Positions 37,086 through 49,268 of a stretch of 64,000 nt of DNA are shown piece after piece. The stretch is taken from NCBI RefSeq assembly GCF_009834535.1, contig NC_045696.1:105154001-105218000 (forward strand), given 5' to 3'. Under the pieces are notes generated by a model. The model was given only the letters and a program-made list of their open reading frames with translations. It was not told where the DNA came from and did no database searches. The first letter of the stretch is position 1, and each line of letters starts with the position of its first letter. Both the position numbers and the translations under genes were made by a program. The DNA is from Camelus ferus. Taxonomy: Eukaryota.

Positions 37086-40000
37086 TAATGGCTGTGAAGG
37101 AGTTGGAAACAATTTTAAAGTTTGTCTTTAAAACACAGCACATTGATCAAATAAATCCATAATGCTTTCCACAGCCAACTGAGAGATGTAGATCCTCTGT
37201 GTCCACGTTTCGTTTTGTGATGAACTGTCAGGTGGATCATGAGGTAGGCCCGCCCAGTTTTCAAGTCAAAAGCAAAACCGACCCAAGAGACATCAGTGGT
37301 TTTGCTTGTGTCTTAAATTCCATGTGCCTCAGTATCATAATGAGGACTGAAGTAAGCTTACTGCTTTGCATCTTATTTTTGTAATATTATAGGAAGTATT
37401 GAAGGGCACACAAATGCTTTCAGTGGGAAAAGAAGGTCAGTCTTATAAATGAAGCATTTGTGAGCCCAGGAAGCAACTTTTTCTCCACTTATGCCCTTGT
37501 TCTGCTGTAACCCAGCGTCTAGCGCTCTCTCTGCCTGCCGTCGGCCCTCGGCTGACTTTCTCATCACTGCCCTTATTCTGAGCCGGTTCCAGGCTCATGG
37601 GCTATAGGGATGCAACGTTTACATGGAAATCAGCCCCCTGGTTTAAAGTTGACTTCAAGGTTACCTTGCTGAAGGCTCACTTTCCAGCTAGTTACCTCTC
37701 ATGCCCCAAGCCACAGGGAAGAAGGGAGTAAGGTGTGATTCCTGCCCAAAGGATCTTGCCTATAAGACGCTCATATAGAGTGGGGATGTTCCAGAGCCAT
37801 TCTTGGCCTGGGGCTGTACCATCATGGGACTCTATGTGTGCTGTGTGCTCTCCCAGCTTCTGGGACCCAGGGGACGAGAGAGGAAAGGAATCTGGACTGG
37901 GAAGTGGGAGGCCCTGCGTGCCCAACTGGATCCCCTGGCTGGTCTCCATCTTCCTGACCCGTGAACCATGCAGCTGCACTAGCGAGTATCTCTGGTCCCT
38001 TGTATCCTCATCTGGCTCTGAGATGCGCTCACACCCTGGGTCTGAGTTAGAACTCGGTGTTGTCCTCTATGTGACTCTGGCAGTGAGTCCAAGTAGGGAG
38101 AGGAGGGGGTGTCTCGGCCACCTGGTTTGGTCAAGGAGGTTCTGGAGCCAGGGTAGGGCTGGTCTATGGGGAGGCTCATTTCTCCATTCAGCCAGCATCT
38201 CCTAAGCCCAGGTTATGTTCCAGTCCCATGCTAGACACAGAGATCCTCAAGGGCACGAGCTGAGCCAGGCTCTTCTCATGTGGAGTGCATAATCCAGTGG
38301 GGCAGGCAGGCCACGCTATGCGCACATGCCCACTGGCCCACGGTTCCCACCCCCAGGGCTCAGCCAAGCCCCATGCACGCAGTCTCCCGGCCCACGTCAT
38401 GCACGAGGTGCTTACTGGTCAGTTGTGTTTGTCTTCAAACGTGTTGCTGCTCATTGTACTTGTCAGTAAATCCAATACGTTATTAAATATTACCTAAACT
38501 GATGGGTTATGAGGATAAAAGAAAGAAGGTTTTTTGAGGAATGAATTGAATCCATGAAAAGACTCAAAAAGGTGAGAGTGGCTGACCTCCCCCGACCGCC
38601 ATCCCCGTAGGTGTTGGTGAAAGAACTAGACCATAAGAGACTGGGGTGGAGGGGAGCAGGGGAACCGGGGAAACTGAGACAGATCCCTGTCTTTGTCTTT
38701 AGGTTCCCTCCCCACTCGAAAGAAGCTGGCCTGGGGAACTGTTGCTGATGGGTGGGGTTTGTGAAAGCTCCAAGCCCCGCTCTGAAAACAAAGCCTTGGT
38801 CCCACATCAGACCACTTACTTGTATAGGTTTAATTTAAAGATAAAGTTCGCCTGGACATTTTTTGAGCGAACCAGTCTTTGACCATTCCTTTCTGCTGTA
38901 GCGGCCAGCCAAGGTGGGGTAAGGGCTTCTGCAGCAGCTGGGGTGGGACCGGGGGCTGACTGCTAGGAGCTGAGTCCTCTGGGGTCAGCAAAAGCCACGT
39001 CACGGACCACCTCTCTGCCTTGTCAACGTGCTTGGCTCCATCCTGAGCTGCGGAGGGGAGCAGGGGAGGGAGGGGCTCAGTGTGTATTCAGGAGAGGCTT
39101 GATAGGGCAGCAGGGAGCCAGGGAGCCATGCGATGGCCCCATTGGCCCCATGGACAGGAGGAAGCCCAGGGCCAGCCATTACAGGGGGATGGAGAAGAAA
39201 GGAGGTCAGAGAGAGATCTGGGAAGTGGAGTGTACAGGATTCGGTGACGGATGAATTGAGAGGAGGGTGGTGGTGGGAGGAAACTGGAGGGCCCAGAATC
39301 CCTCCCACACAACTGCCTGGATGGTGGTGCTGTTCATTTACGGAAAATTGGAGAAGGTGGGAGAGATAAACTGAGTGGAGGAGGGCATTCCAGGTGGAGA
39401 GAAGAGCTCAAAGGAAGGCAAGGAAGGCAAGGAAGCAAGGGGCTCCCGGCAAGATGATTAAACACCATCCATGTACCAGGTTGAAGGCCAGGAATGCTAG
39501 GAACAAGCAGGTGGGTCTCAGACACAGAGGAGAAAGGGCCAACCTGGGAGGTGCTTGGCTGCTTGGTGGGCAGCGAGGTGTGAGGGTTCCACCCACAGGG
39601 CCATCCACAGGGTCAGTGATGTGGGAGGAGGGACCACTCTTGTGGAAAACAGTGAGTCATGACCAGTTGAGTTCTGGGAGGTGGTGAGCGGGCTGTGGGC
39701 GGGGGCAGTGTGCTGGGCCCTGGACGGAGGCCAGAAACTCAACTTAGGAAGTGGAGGAGAGGGAGCAGAGGGAGAGGTCAGCAATTTATAGTTTTCTATT
39801 ATTTTTTCATTAAACCAGTTTTTTAAAAAATCCTTTTTATGAGGTTTTTAACAATATCACTTACCTTTTACATCATTCCATGACACATTAAGAGATGTGA
39901 GGTTTTGTGCATCAGAATTTTTTTTTTAAAAAACCATCTCTGAGTCTGGTTTTATTTGCAGAATGACCGCACAGGAACCTTTTAATCCAGGCATAAATCT

Positions 40001-40609
40001 TTTTATAAACTGGAGTTGACACAGGAAATGACAGAATAACACCAATAAGGTGACATTTATGAAACCAGGATTCCTTAAACTGACCATCTTGCATTTTTTT
40101 CTCCCTTTATTCATCTGTTCCTCTAACATTTTAACTCCGTTGTTTCAATAAAATAGGGGTAAGATGCTTATCATGAAACCCTGTTTTGTACTTTGAATTT
40201 GAATGTTTTTAATCTTCTATTGAGTGAGTGGGCATCTTCATGGTTAAGAGCCCAAAGGTCAAGTTTTTCTTTTCTTGCATTTCTTCTGGACTTCTAGAGT
40301 TACAGCCAAGGCTGTTCATTCTCGGAGAAGCGGGCTGTGTTTGGTTCTCCAGTGGTTCCTGGCCTGTCCAGGGAGGGAAGGGACAGGGGTTTACAGCCTC
40401 CCCATCCCCTTTCCCAGGGGGAGAGGCTGTAGGGCATCTGTTCACTCTTGCTTTCAAAATTAAAATGAATTTATGTTTGAGAATTTTGAAGTTCCGCTTA
40501 AACATTGTGCTGTTGGGGACCTGGGACCCAGGCTGTGAAGTCCCCCAAGCATGCACTCACAGATCCACGCTGTTGTCACCTGGTTCACACCCAGGAGACA
40601 GCTGGAGAG

Positions 40610-40745
40610 CCAGTGGTGTGGGGTCAGATCCCAGCTCACGCCTCCTTGCTGTGTAACCATGAACAATTAGGTCACTTCTCCGAGCCCCAGTTTCCTCATC
40701 TGCAAAGGGGAGATAATAGCATCTAATTGAAATAATATGTGTCAG
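40610..40745 (+). mobile_element. MIR SINE
   Basis: GTCACTTCTCCGAGCCCCAGTTTCCTCATCTGCAAAGGGGAGATAATAG core. Confidence 0.7.
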
Positions 40746-43700
40746 CAGCTAGCAGCAGTGCCCCATAAATAGTTAGTGACAGTGTTCTCTAGCTCAGATG
40801 CTAACTCCTCCGCTCATCCACTCGGAGCCACTTCGCCTCATTTCTGGGCTCCCTTGCATTTTGTGGGCACCCACACTTCACTGGATTGTGGGTGTTGACT
40901 CACAGGGCTCTTACACCAGCCGTGGGCTGCCTCCAGGCTGAGATGCTGCTGAATCTCCCCTGGTACCCCTCACCTGGCCTGGGCACTGGCTGGCTGAGGA
41001 CAGATCCCAGGGTGCAAGTCCTCCCCAGGCCTGTGTCCTCCAAGCATCACCTCCAGCCTGGGCTCTAGGTGAGGACCAAGACCTTTCCCTCTCAGGCCTG
41101 AAGCTGGGTGGAAGATGAGGACTGGACACAGATCAAGGAGTGGGCCCCAGATACTTCATCAGTGGATGGGAGAGTCCTGAACACCTTGGGGAGGGGGATG
41201 GAGTTCAGAGTGTTTGTTCTCAGACCTGCCAGCTCCGCACACAGGCAGCCAGCTGGTACTGTGTCACAGGCTTGGACCACCTTAACTCCGGCCGCTGCCT
41301 TTGAGATGCACCCCTTGCTTCTCGGGAGACTGGAATCTCATCATCTGATGGAAAAGCGGTTCAAAGCGGTTGGCGTTGGGTCAGCGATACCATCTTCAGA
41401 TAAAGTGCCACACATTATTAGCTTCCGCTTTCTTAATCTCACGGATATTAGGCAGACTTCCTTCTTCCAGAATAACCTCTGGCTTTTGACTCATTTGGCA
41501 TGAATATATGTGGAATCATTGATGAAGTTTTTAATCAAAAATTTTTCCCCTTCAGATTACTTAGAAATGTACTTTCTCCAGCTAAAGCACAGTACAAAAA
41601 CTGCTTTGCAAAAAAATGGGATGCCTTACAAAACTTAAGAGATAAAAATCATACAGTGGGAACCACTGCATAGTTTCTAACTCAGGAGCTTCCCTGTTAC
41701 AAGTGTATTATGCTCTGCAGGTCTATGTTATCACTTCTGTCAGGGGTCTTCATACAACCAGACCCGAGTGAGCCTCTTACATTCTTACAGATTCGTACAG
41801 AAATCTTAGTTCAGGTGTCAGGACAACTCCATACTTCTTATTTTCCAAAATGTTGTTCTTTTCCAGTAGAAATGTTCACACTGGGTTAAATTAGGAAGTG
41901 ATTTTAAATAATCACTTCTGAGGTATCGGGGTGAAGAAAGTCTTATATTTTCTATGTGGTGGTTTTCTGTGGTTATTTCTTGGATTCTATTGTTGTGAGG
42001 AAATCAGATACTCCTTTTTGTAAGTGGAGTTATGAAATCTTCTCTGAAGGGTTTTAGAAATAAGATAGCTACTTCTCCCCTGAAACGATGTCAGCGACTT
42101 CTGCCTCCAGGAAAGGAAGTGGAGTAGAGAGTCCCTCCAGGTCCTTTCCCACCTCATATTTCTCTGAATTTATTACCTGTGCTAAAGGGGACTTCCACAT
42201 GCCCCCACTTTTGTTCCAAAGTACCAGTCTCATTAGGTCTAGTGATGAGGATTATATGTCAGGATGCAGTCCTTGGATAAAACTTAAAAATCTCCATAAC
42301 CAAAGAGCTTGGCTTATAACCCAGTGTCACAGTGTGATAGAAGCCCCAGCCCAAGCTCTGATTCTGACTCTGTTACTACTTTACTGTGTGACCTTGGATC
42401 AGCAACTTTGCCTCTCTGGTCATCAGTTTCCTCAACTGTAAAACAGGGAGTTTGGACCAGATGTTCAAATTCTGAAAATGGAAGCACCAAACCACCAGGG
42501 CTCAATATTTTGATTACACATAAGCCTTCTAGATACACTAGCCCCTGTGCTTAAGGAAAAATCTAGCTCCCAATCTTTGTTTTGGGGACAATTTCATTAA
42601 AAAATAGGAGATGAAAGTCCTTTTTTGAACTTTATAATAAGGAATCATAAAATGTCATGACTTTTTAGGATTTGCAGCAAATCTTGGAGATACACACTTT
42701 GAAAAATAAACACTTCATATGATACAGGGGAGAGAGATGATTGGTTCTTTTCATTTCACAAAAAGCAATAATTTCCCAAAGAGCCATCACTGCAGAAGTG
42801 TTTGCAGAGACTTGTTACCTTCAAAGCACCGTTATCATGTGGCGTGTGTTTGAGATAGAAGTGACCCGCACCCCTGCTTTTATCCAAAAGGGAATTGAGT
42901 TCGTAGTTTCTTATTGTCCAGAAATCTCATCTCTGCTTTGGCATCCCGGGGCACACTCCCATCATCTCTTTGGCGTCCTTGAATTGAATGGTGGGAGGTC
43001 AATGCCTATATGCCCCAGCTATATTAATGTCTTTTTGGTGCACAGTTGATCAACCCAATTGTACATTAATCCAAGAGTGTTTCCAGTGGGTAAGTAACTG
43101 GGGGACTCTTGATCCAAGAACCCTGCTTTCCTACATGGTGGAGTGTGGTTGGGGTGCACTTTGAGGTATGCTCCAAGGAAGCAGGCTGAGGGGTCCTTTT
43201 CCAAGGCATAGGCTCCTGTCCTGCTGGGCAGCCCACCAGCAGGAAGAGGGCTGTGCTCAGACAGTTCTGCTTGCCAGTGAGAAAAACCACCCTTCAAGGG
43301 GGCGAAGTAACCTTTAGAAACATCCTCATGTAGAATTAACTCCTCAGGAGGAAAGTGCTCCCAAGACAGATTTTCCTTAACTTCGGTGTGAAATGGTTGA
43401 GCTGATGAATAGAGACTTTGCCCCGCTCCTGTGGAACAGACAGTAGACACACTTGCCTGGGACTGTGATCTACTGACTGTGCCTTTTTTTCCTTTATAAA
43501 TAAAAATATGGCAGCAGCACCACAAGGGAGCGTGCTGTAAAAGCCAAGGTCTTTGCCTCCAGTGCTGCGACATTAGCTGGCTTACAGGCAACCTCAAGAA
43601 GCCACAGACAGTCTCTAAAGACCACTGGCTGCCCAGTCCTTCCTCAGGCCACAGTTTACCTGGCACCATACTACACAATGTTTTCACGGCGTATCTTTAT

Positions 43701-44231
43701 TGCATGTCCATCTTTTTTTTTCTTAAAACTACAGAAAGTGTACACACTTAAGGAAAAGGCTCATTTATGTAAGGTAAGAAGTCCAAGTCCATCCACTCTT
43801 ACTGCCATCCCCCCAACAACCTCCCGCCTTTCCTTGACTTACGTTTGATGAGTATCCGCCCAGTGGATCTATACATATATATAGGTGTATATACCATGCA
43901 ATGTTCATGTATATTACAACAACATAGGTGGCTTCATTCAAGCAACATGAGATAATACTATAGTACTGTCTGCATCGTGCTTTTTTCTCCCTCAACATTT
44001 ACTCATTAATAACCTCCCATGTCAGTATTTATATAGAAATGTTACTTTTTGATAGCTGCATGGTACAGTATGGGGTTTAACCATTCCCCTGTTGGTAGAC
44101 ATTTGAGTCTCTAATTTTTCACTATTCCAGATGTACCTTCAGAGAACAGCCTTGTAACATATGCTCGCAGGCATCTGGCCATGTTTGTTAATAATTACAC
44201 CCATTTATTTGAAGATATGCTCCCCCAGCGT

Positions 44232-44238
44232 GCACACA

Positions 44239-44274
<36 letters not shown>
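44232..44274. repeat. (CA)n microsatellite with leading CG units
   Basis: Direct read. Confidence 0.95.
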
Positions 44275-44275
<1 letters not shown>

Positions 44276-44640
44276 CCTACATAGCCCTATCTGAGCTATG
44301 AGTTTAATTTATGGGAATTTTCTTAAATCCTTGGTATCTCCATCATACTTACCTATTCAGATAATAGCTTTAAGGACTATTCATGTTTTCTTCAATGCAC
44401 TCAGCCCCCTGCTTCAGGAGGGGAATTGCCCAGAGAACCCAGGAGGTTCCCAAGGACCCAGGAGCATGGCTGCCTGCTTTTCTTACCCTGTGCTTCACGG
44501 ATCTGGATGCCCTGCATTCACCCCTCTCACATCCCACTTGCTCAGAAGCAAGAAGATGAATTCTGCCAAATACCATCAAAAGAACCACAGACTGTTTGGG
44601 GTGGTTTTGTACAAACCCTCCCCTGTAGCACCTCTATGGG

Positions 44641-45160
44641 TGTATTAGTTTCCTGAGGCTGCTATAACAAAAGACCACAAACTTGGTGATTTAAAACAAT
44701 AGAAATTTATTCTCTCAGAGTTCTGGAGGCCAAAAGTCTGCAATTAGTATCACTGAGCCAAAATCAAGGTGTCAGCAGGGCCACATGCCCTTTGGAGGTT
44801 CTGGGAGTGTGTGTAAGAAGGAGGCAGGGTCTGTTTCTTGCCTCTTCCAGCTTCTAGGAGCTGCTAGCATTCCTTAGCTTGTGGCTGCACCACTCCAGTT
44901 GTCAAGGCCAGCATCTCCAGATTTCTCTGTTTCATCTTCACATGGCCTTTTGTCTCTGTGTGTGTCAAATCTCTCTTTCCCTCCTTACAAGGATACATGT
45001 GACTGCATTTAGGGCCCTCTGAGTAATTCAGAGTAGCCTCCTCATCTCAAGATCCATAACTTAATCACATCTGCAAAAACTCTTTTTCTAAATAAGGTCA
45101 TATTGATAGGTTCCAGGGATTAGGACCTGATACATTTGGGGACACCATTCAGCCTACTAC
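44641..45160 (-). mobile_element. MaLR LTR (MLT1-type)
   Basis: TGTATTAGTTTCCTGAGGCTGCTATAACAAA...AGAAATTTATTCTCTCAGAGTTCTGGAGGC...TTAATCACATCTGCAAA...ATTCAGCCTACTAC, canonical MLT1 ends. Confidence 0.88.
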
Positions 45161-46669
45161 TGTGGGATCAGCAGCCTCTTTCCCATCATACTTTAACTTA
45201 CTGCTGGGGCACACTTAGTGTTTCGTTTGAACTTCAGAAGAGTGTATTTTCATTCATAGGGAAGACAGAGAGATATTGTTTTGCTCTGTGCATTGAAAAC
45301 TGGGCTAGAAAGTCAAGGTCAGATAAAATCTCTGGCTGACGAGCTCTTTAAACTGGAGACTACACGGCATGAACTGCATGTACAGCTGCTAGGAGTTAAA
45401 TTACAAAATGTCTGTCTTCCCTTTTTAATTTGGAACTATTTAGCCGTATGATAGTTTGCATGCCCCAGCTAGAAGGAGACGAGAAGCCGTCTGTTCTACC
45501 TTCCCTCCTGCAGATTAAACCATGAAATTCATCTTTTAAACCTGCCCAGAGGACGTGCATACAAGTGTTCTACTGTTGTGAAAACAACAGGAGACGTTGG
45601 GCAATATTAAGAGCATAAGACCAGGAGAAGCACATACCTCTCAGGTGGGTGGTGGCGTCAAAATACAAGGATGCGGTTCGTGAGCGCACATTTAACTGAC
45701 AGAGTGTTGGCTCCTTCAAAGTCTCCAGTGTGAAAGGCCTATTACAGTTTTGGACTTGGCCCTGCCCTTGCCATGTGAATGCTAATATCTTGTACTTCCA
45801 TTTCCCAATTTCACAGCAGACCTGCATGCTCATAAATTAAACTGCATCGCTCAGCATTATCGTGTGCGTTTTAGGATTTAGTCTAAAATAGCCCAAACTA
45901 CTGCCTATTTCAGCAGAACTCCCTTTGGCCACCGCCTGTTAATATAGAGACATTAGGACAGCGATTTGAGACTGCAGAGCAGGCAGGTAGAGAACACACT
46001 TCCTGCACAGAGATCTGCCAGCAGACGGGAGACCCAAGGGGATGAGCGTAGGGAGATGCTGGCTGCCGCCTTTCAGGCAGAGTGTGGGGCTCAGGAGGAC
46101 TTGCCCCACCAGAAACAATCTGCCTTCGTGTAAAGAATCTTGAATGTAAATGGCTAGAGTTTTTTTTAAAAAAATCAATTTAAAGAAGTGAAATAAAGCC
46201 TGGAATTAGGCTGGGTTTTGTCCCTCTCTAAGCCAGTGAGGGGAATTAAAAAACACCGTTGAACCAGGTTGTCGAGGATAAAGGAAATAGAGTGATGCTT
46301 TGCTTCCCAATATAATAGACTAAACACTGATACTTTTGTAATCAAAATAATGTGAGCACATGATATTTTAAAAATTCAACTAATTCAGAAGGACTTTTAA
46401 TAAAAAGTTAGAGCTCTACCGCTACCCCCTTGCCTGCCTCCCAAAGGTAGCACCTCTTTAGTCTTTTTGCATTATTTTGGGGGTTCAGTGCAAAACTCTG
46501 AATTGTATCCTGGTAAGAGAGCCACTGAGTCCCATTGTGAAAGATTAATTTCACTCATTTATACTCTGCACCCTACCCTTCCTCCTTCCTCTCATTTTGG
46601 ATGATTCTATCAATTTTAATTCTTTTATTGGTTATCTTTTTACTTCAAATAATATACTTTCTATTTCTT

Positions 46670-47180
46670 GCCACAGAATTGCTTTCTCAATATCCATCCC
46701 TCTTCCTTTCTTGCAAACCGAGTTTTGTTGAAAGCAGCAGTGTGCCATCTAAAAAAAAAAAATACTACACTTTTCAGTTTTCCTTGTCATAGGGGCAATT
46801 ATATCACTGTGTTCTGGCCACTAAGAAGTAAGCAGTTGTTGTATGAAGTTTCAGGAAAGCTTTTAATTAGGGGGCTGACCCAGCAGGTAGGCCTCTTTTG
46901 CCCTTCTCCTCCTTCCTCCTTCTTACTTGGAACACAGATATGATGGTTGGAGCTGCAGCAGCCATCCTGTGACCCTGAGGCAATCTTGAGGGTAGATTAG
47001 AGTCATGTTCCAAGAATGACAGAGAAATCTAGAGAGATCCCGAGATGCTGATGACATCAGAGCTGTTGCCCTGTCCCTGAACCGCGCACCTTTCTGGCTT
47101 GATTTTATAGGTGAGAAGTATGCCCTGTCTTATTTAAAGCACTACTTTCCCCATATCTATTACTCACAGCCAAATCTCTT
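46670..47180 (+). mobile_element. Old MaLR LTR
   Basis: GATGGTTGGAGCTGCAGCAGCCATCCTGTGACC...TATTTAAAGCACT...TTACTCACAGCCAAA, typical of old MLT1 subfamilies. Confidence 0.6.
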
Positions 47181-47199
47181 GTTTCTTATTCATAAACTG

Positions 47200-48115
47200 T
47201 AATCAGTATCTAGACTGTCTATGAGGTAACACGATAAACTGGAGCTTCTCCTGTTTGTCCCATTATCCTTTCCCTGACCACTTCCCTTGTGGTAACTTTA
47301 TTCTAACGTTGCCAAGGGTGTTAACATTGTCTTTCTATTCTGCATTCACAATTGAGTCTTCCGTACCTTTCACTAGACTGACTATAAAAGTTGAAAACCA
47401 TTACATAGCATTTAAATCATTTGGATTGCATGAATGTTCACTCCAGGGTCAGGTAGCCCTGGACCACTCAAAGGGAAATTCCTAATATCAGAATCAAATG
47501 AATTTTGTTTTCTCAGATTCCATCAAGGGCTTAAAATTGTATCACATTTTAATTTACATTATATTATTATATAGGATTTTGTTTTACTTGAACTTTTTTT
47601 TTTCCAGTTATAGTTGAGAGAGAAATACTCTCACTGTAAGCTCAGTTTATCCAGCCTCTCGGCGTGCACCTTTTTCTTAGAGGCCCACCTTTTCCTGTTC
47701 TGCCCTGGGCTGTGCTCCGCTGCCAATTCAACTCTCATGCTAGCTTCACCAGTCTCTGAGGTTGGATCCTTTGTCCTCTGCTTTATTGTTTTTCTCCCTG
47801 GTTTTCCTGAAACACACTCTTAAAGAACTTCTTGAGAAAGAGTGCCTGAGAGGAAAACTTTGAGTCCATTCAAGTCTAAAATGTATTTACTCTTTCTTTT
47901 TATACTTAAATGATAGTCTAGCCGTTTAGAGAATTCCAGATTCAAAGTCATCTTCTCCCAGAAGCCTGCAGCCATGGCTCATTATCTTTTGCATCTAATG
48001 TTGCAAAGGAGAGGTCAGATACCAGTCTTATTTTCATTCCTTTGTGAGCTTTCTTATTCCCTAAAAATCTTTAGCATCTTTTCTTTATCCTTGGTGTTCT
48101 GCTATTTCAGATCAA
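47200..48115 (-). mobile_element. Ancient L1 remnant, antisense
   Basis: Decayed T-rich sequence similar to the first 600 bp of the window. Confidence 0.45.
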
Positions 48116-48398
48116 GTGTATTAGCAATTAGAGTGATTTTGGTTGAAGTAACAAGACACCAGCTCAAACTTGCTTAATAAAGAGGATTTATTGGCTCACA
48201 TAATCAAATGCCCTAGATAGGACTGACTTTAGGAGAAGTTCAGTCAGGGCTCTGGCTCTATTTCTCTGTGATTCTTTTGGTTTAAGAACAGGGTAGGTCT
48301 GATAGAACAGAAAACAAGGAAGCAAGGCAGAGGTTAATGGGCAATGCAGCGCAGTCAGAGCCTGGCAGCAGAGAAGGCTCACCAAAGGAAACCTTTTA

Positions 48399-49268
48399 CT
48401 TTAAAGTTGTAATCTTGGTAAAATACACAAAACATAAAATGTACCATCTTAACCATTTAACCAAGTATATAGTTCAGGAGCATTAAGTGCATTCACACCA
48501 TTATACACCATCTTCAAAACTCTTCATCTTGCAAAACGGAAACTATACCCCACTACACAACTCCTCTTTCCCTCCGACCAACCCCTGGCCACCGCCTGTT
48601 CTGCTGCCTGTCTCTATGACTCTTTGACTGCTCTAGGTCCCTCATGTAAGTGGAATCATTCAGTATTTGTCTTTTCCTGATGCTTTTTTCATTCAGCAAT
48701 GCCCTGGAGGTTTATCCATGTTGTAGCATGTTACAGAATTTCCTTCCTTTTGAAGACCGAATAATAGTCCATTGTATGTATAGACCACATTTTACTTATC
48801 TGTTCATCCATCAATGAACACTTGGGTCGCTTCCACATTTTAGTTATTGTGAATCATTCTGCTGTGAACATGCACGTACAAATATCTCTTTGAGACTCTG
48901 CCTTCAATACTTTTGGGTTTTACCCAGGGGTAGAATTGATGCGTTATATGGAAATTATATTTTTAATTTTTTGAGGAACCTCCATACTGTTTTTCACAGT
49001 AGCTGCACCATTTTGCATTCCCACCAGTAGTGCACAAGGGTTCCAGTTTCTCCACCTCCTCACCAGCACTTGTTATTTTCTGTGTTTTTGATAGTAGCCA
49101 TCCTTATGGGTATGAGGTAGGATCTTATTGTAGTTTTGATTTGCATTTCCCTAGTGATTAGTGACATTGAGCATTTTTTCACGTGCTTGTTGGCCACTTG
49201 TATGTCTTCTTTGGAGAAATGTCTATTCAAGTCCTTTTTCAATGGGGTTATTTGTTTCGGTTGTTGTT
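48399..49268 (-). mobile_element. 5'-truncated LINE-1 (ORF2 C-terminal remnant plus 3' UTR)
   Basis: ORF 49060-49242(-) [50 protein letters not shown]...NNKCW is typical L1 ORF2 C-terminal sequence. Degenerate TSD AAGG(AA/CG)ACCTTTTA at 48385-48398 and 49269-49282. Confidence 0.92.

Noticed and set aside
43019..43687. Longest ORF in the track (222 aa, minus strand)
   Set aside because: Non-ATG start, no recognisable domain, antisense within an intron. Consistent with chance.
47473..47482. Perfect NF-kB site GGGAAATTCC
   Set aside because: Isolated 10-mer in decayed L1-like sequence. The degenerate consensus is expected by chance in 64 kb.
49060..49242. ORF with real protein similarity
   Set aside because: It is a fragment of L1 ORF2 in a truncated retrotransposon, not a host gene.
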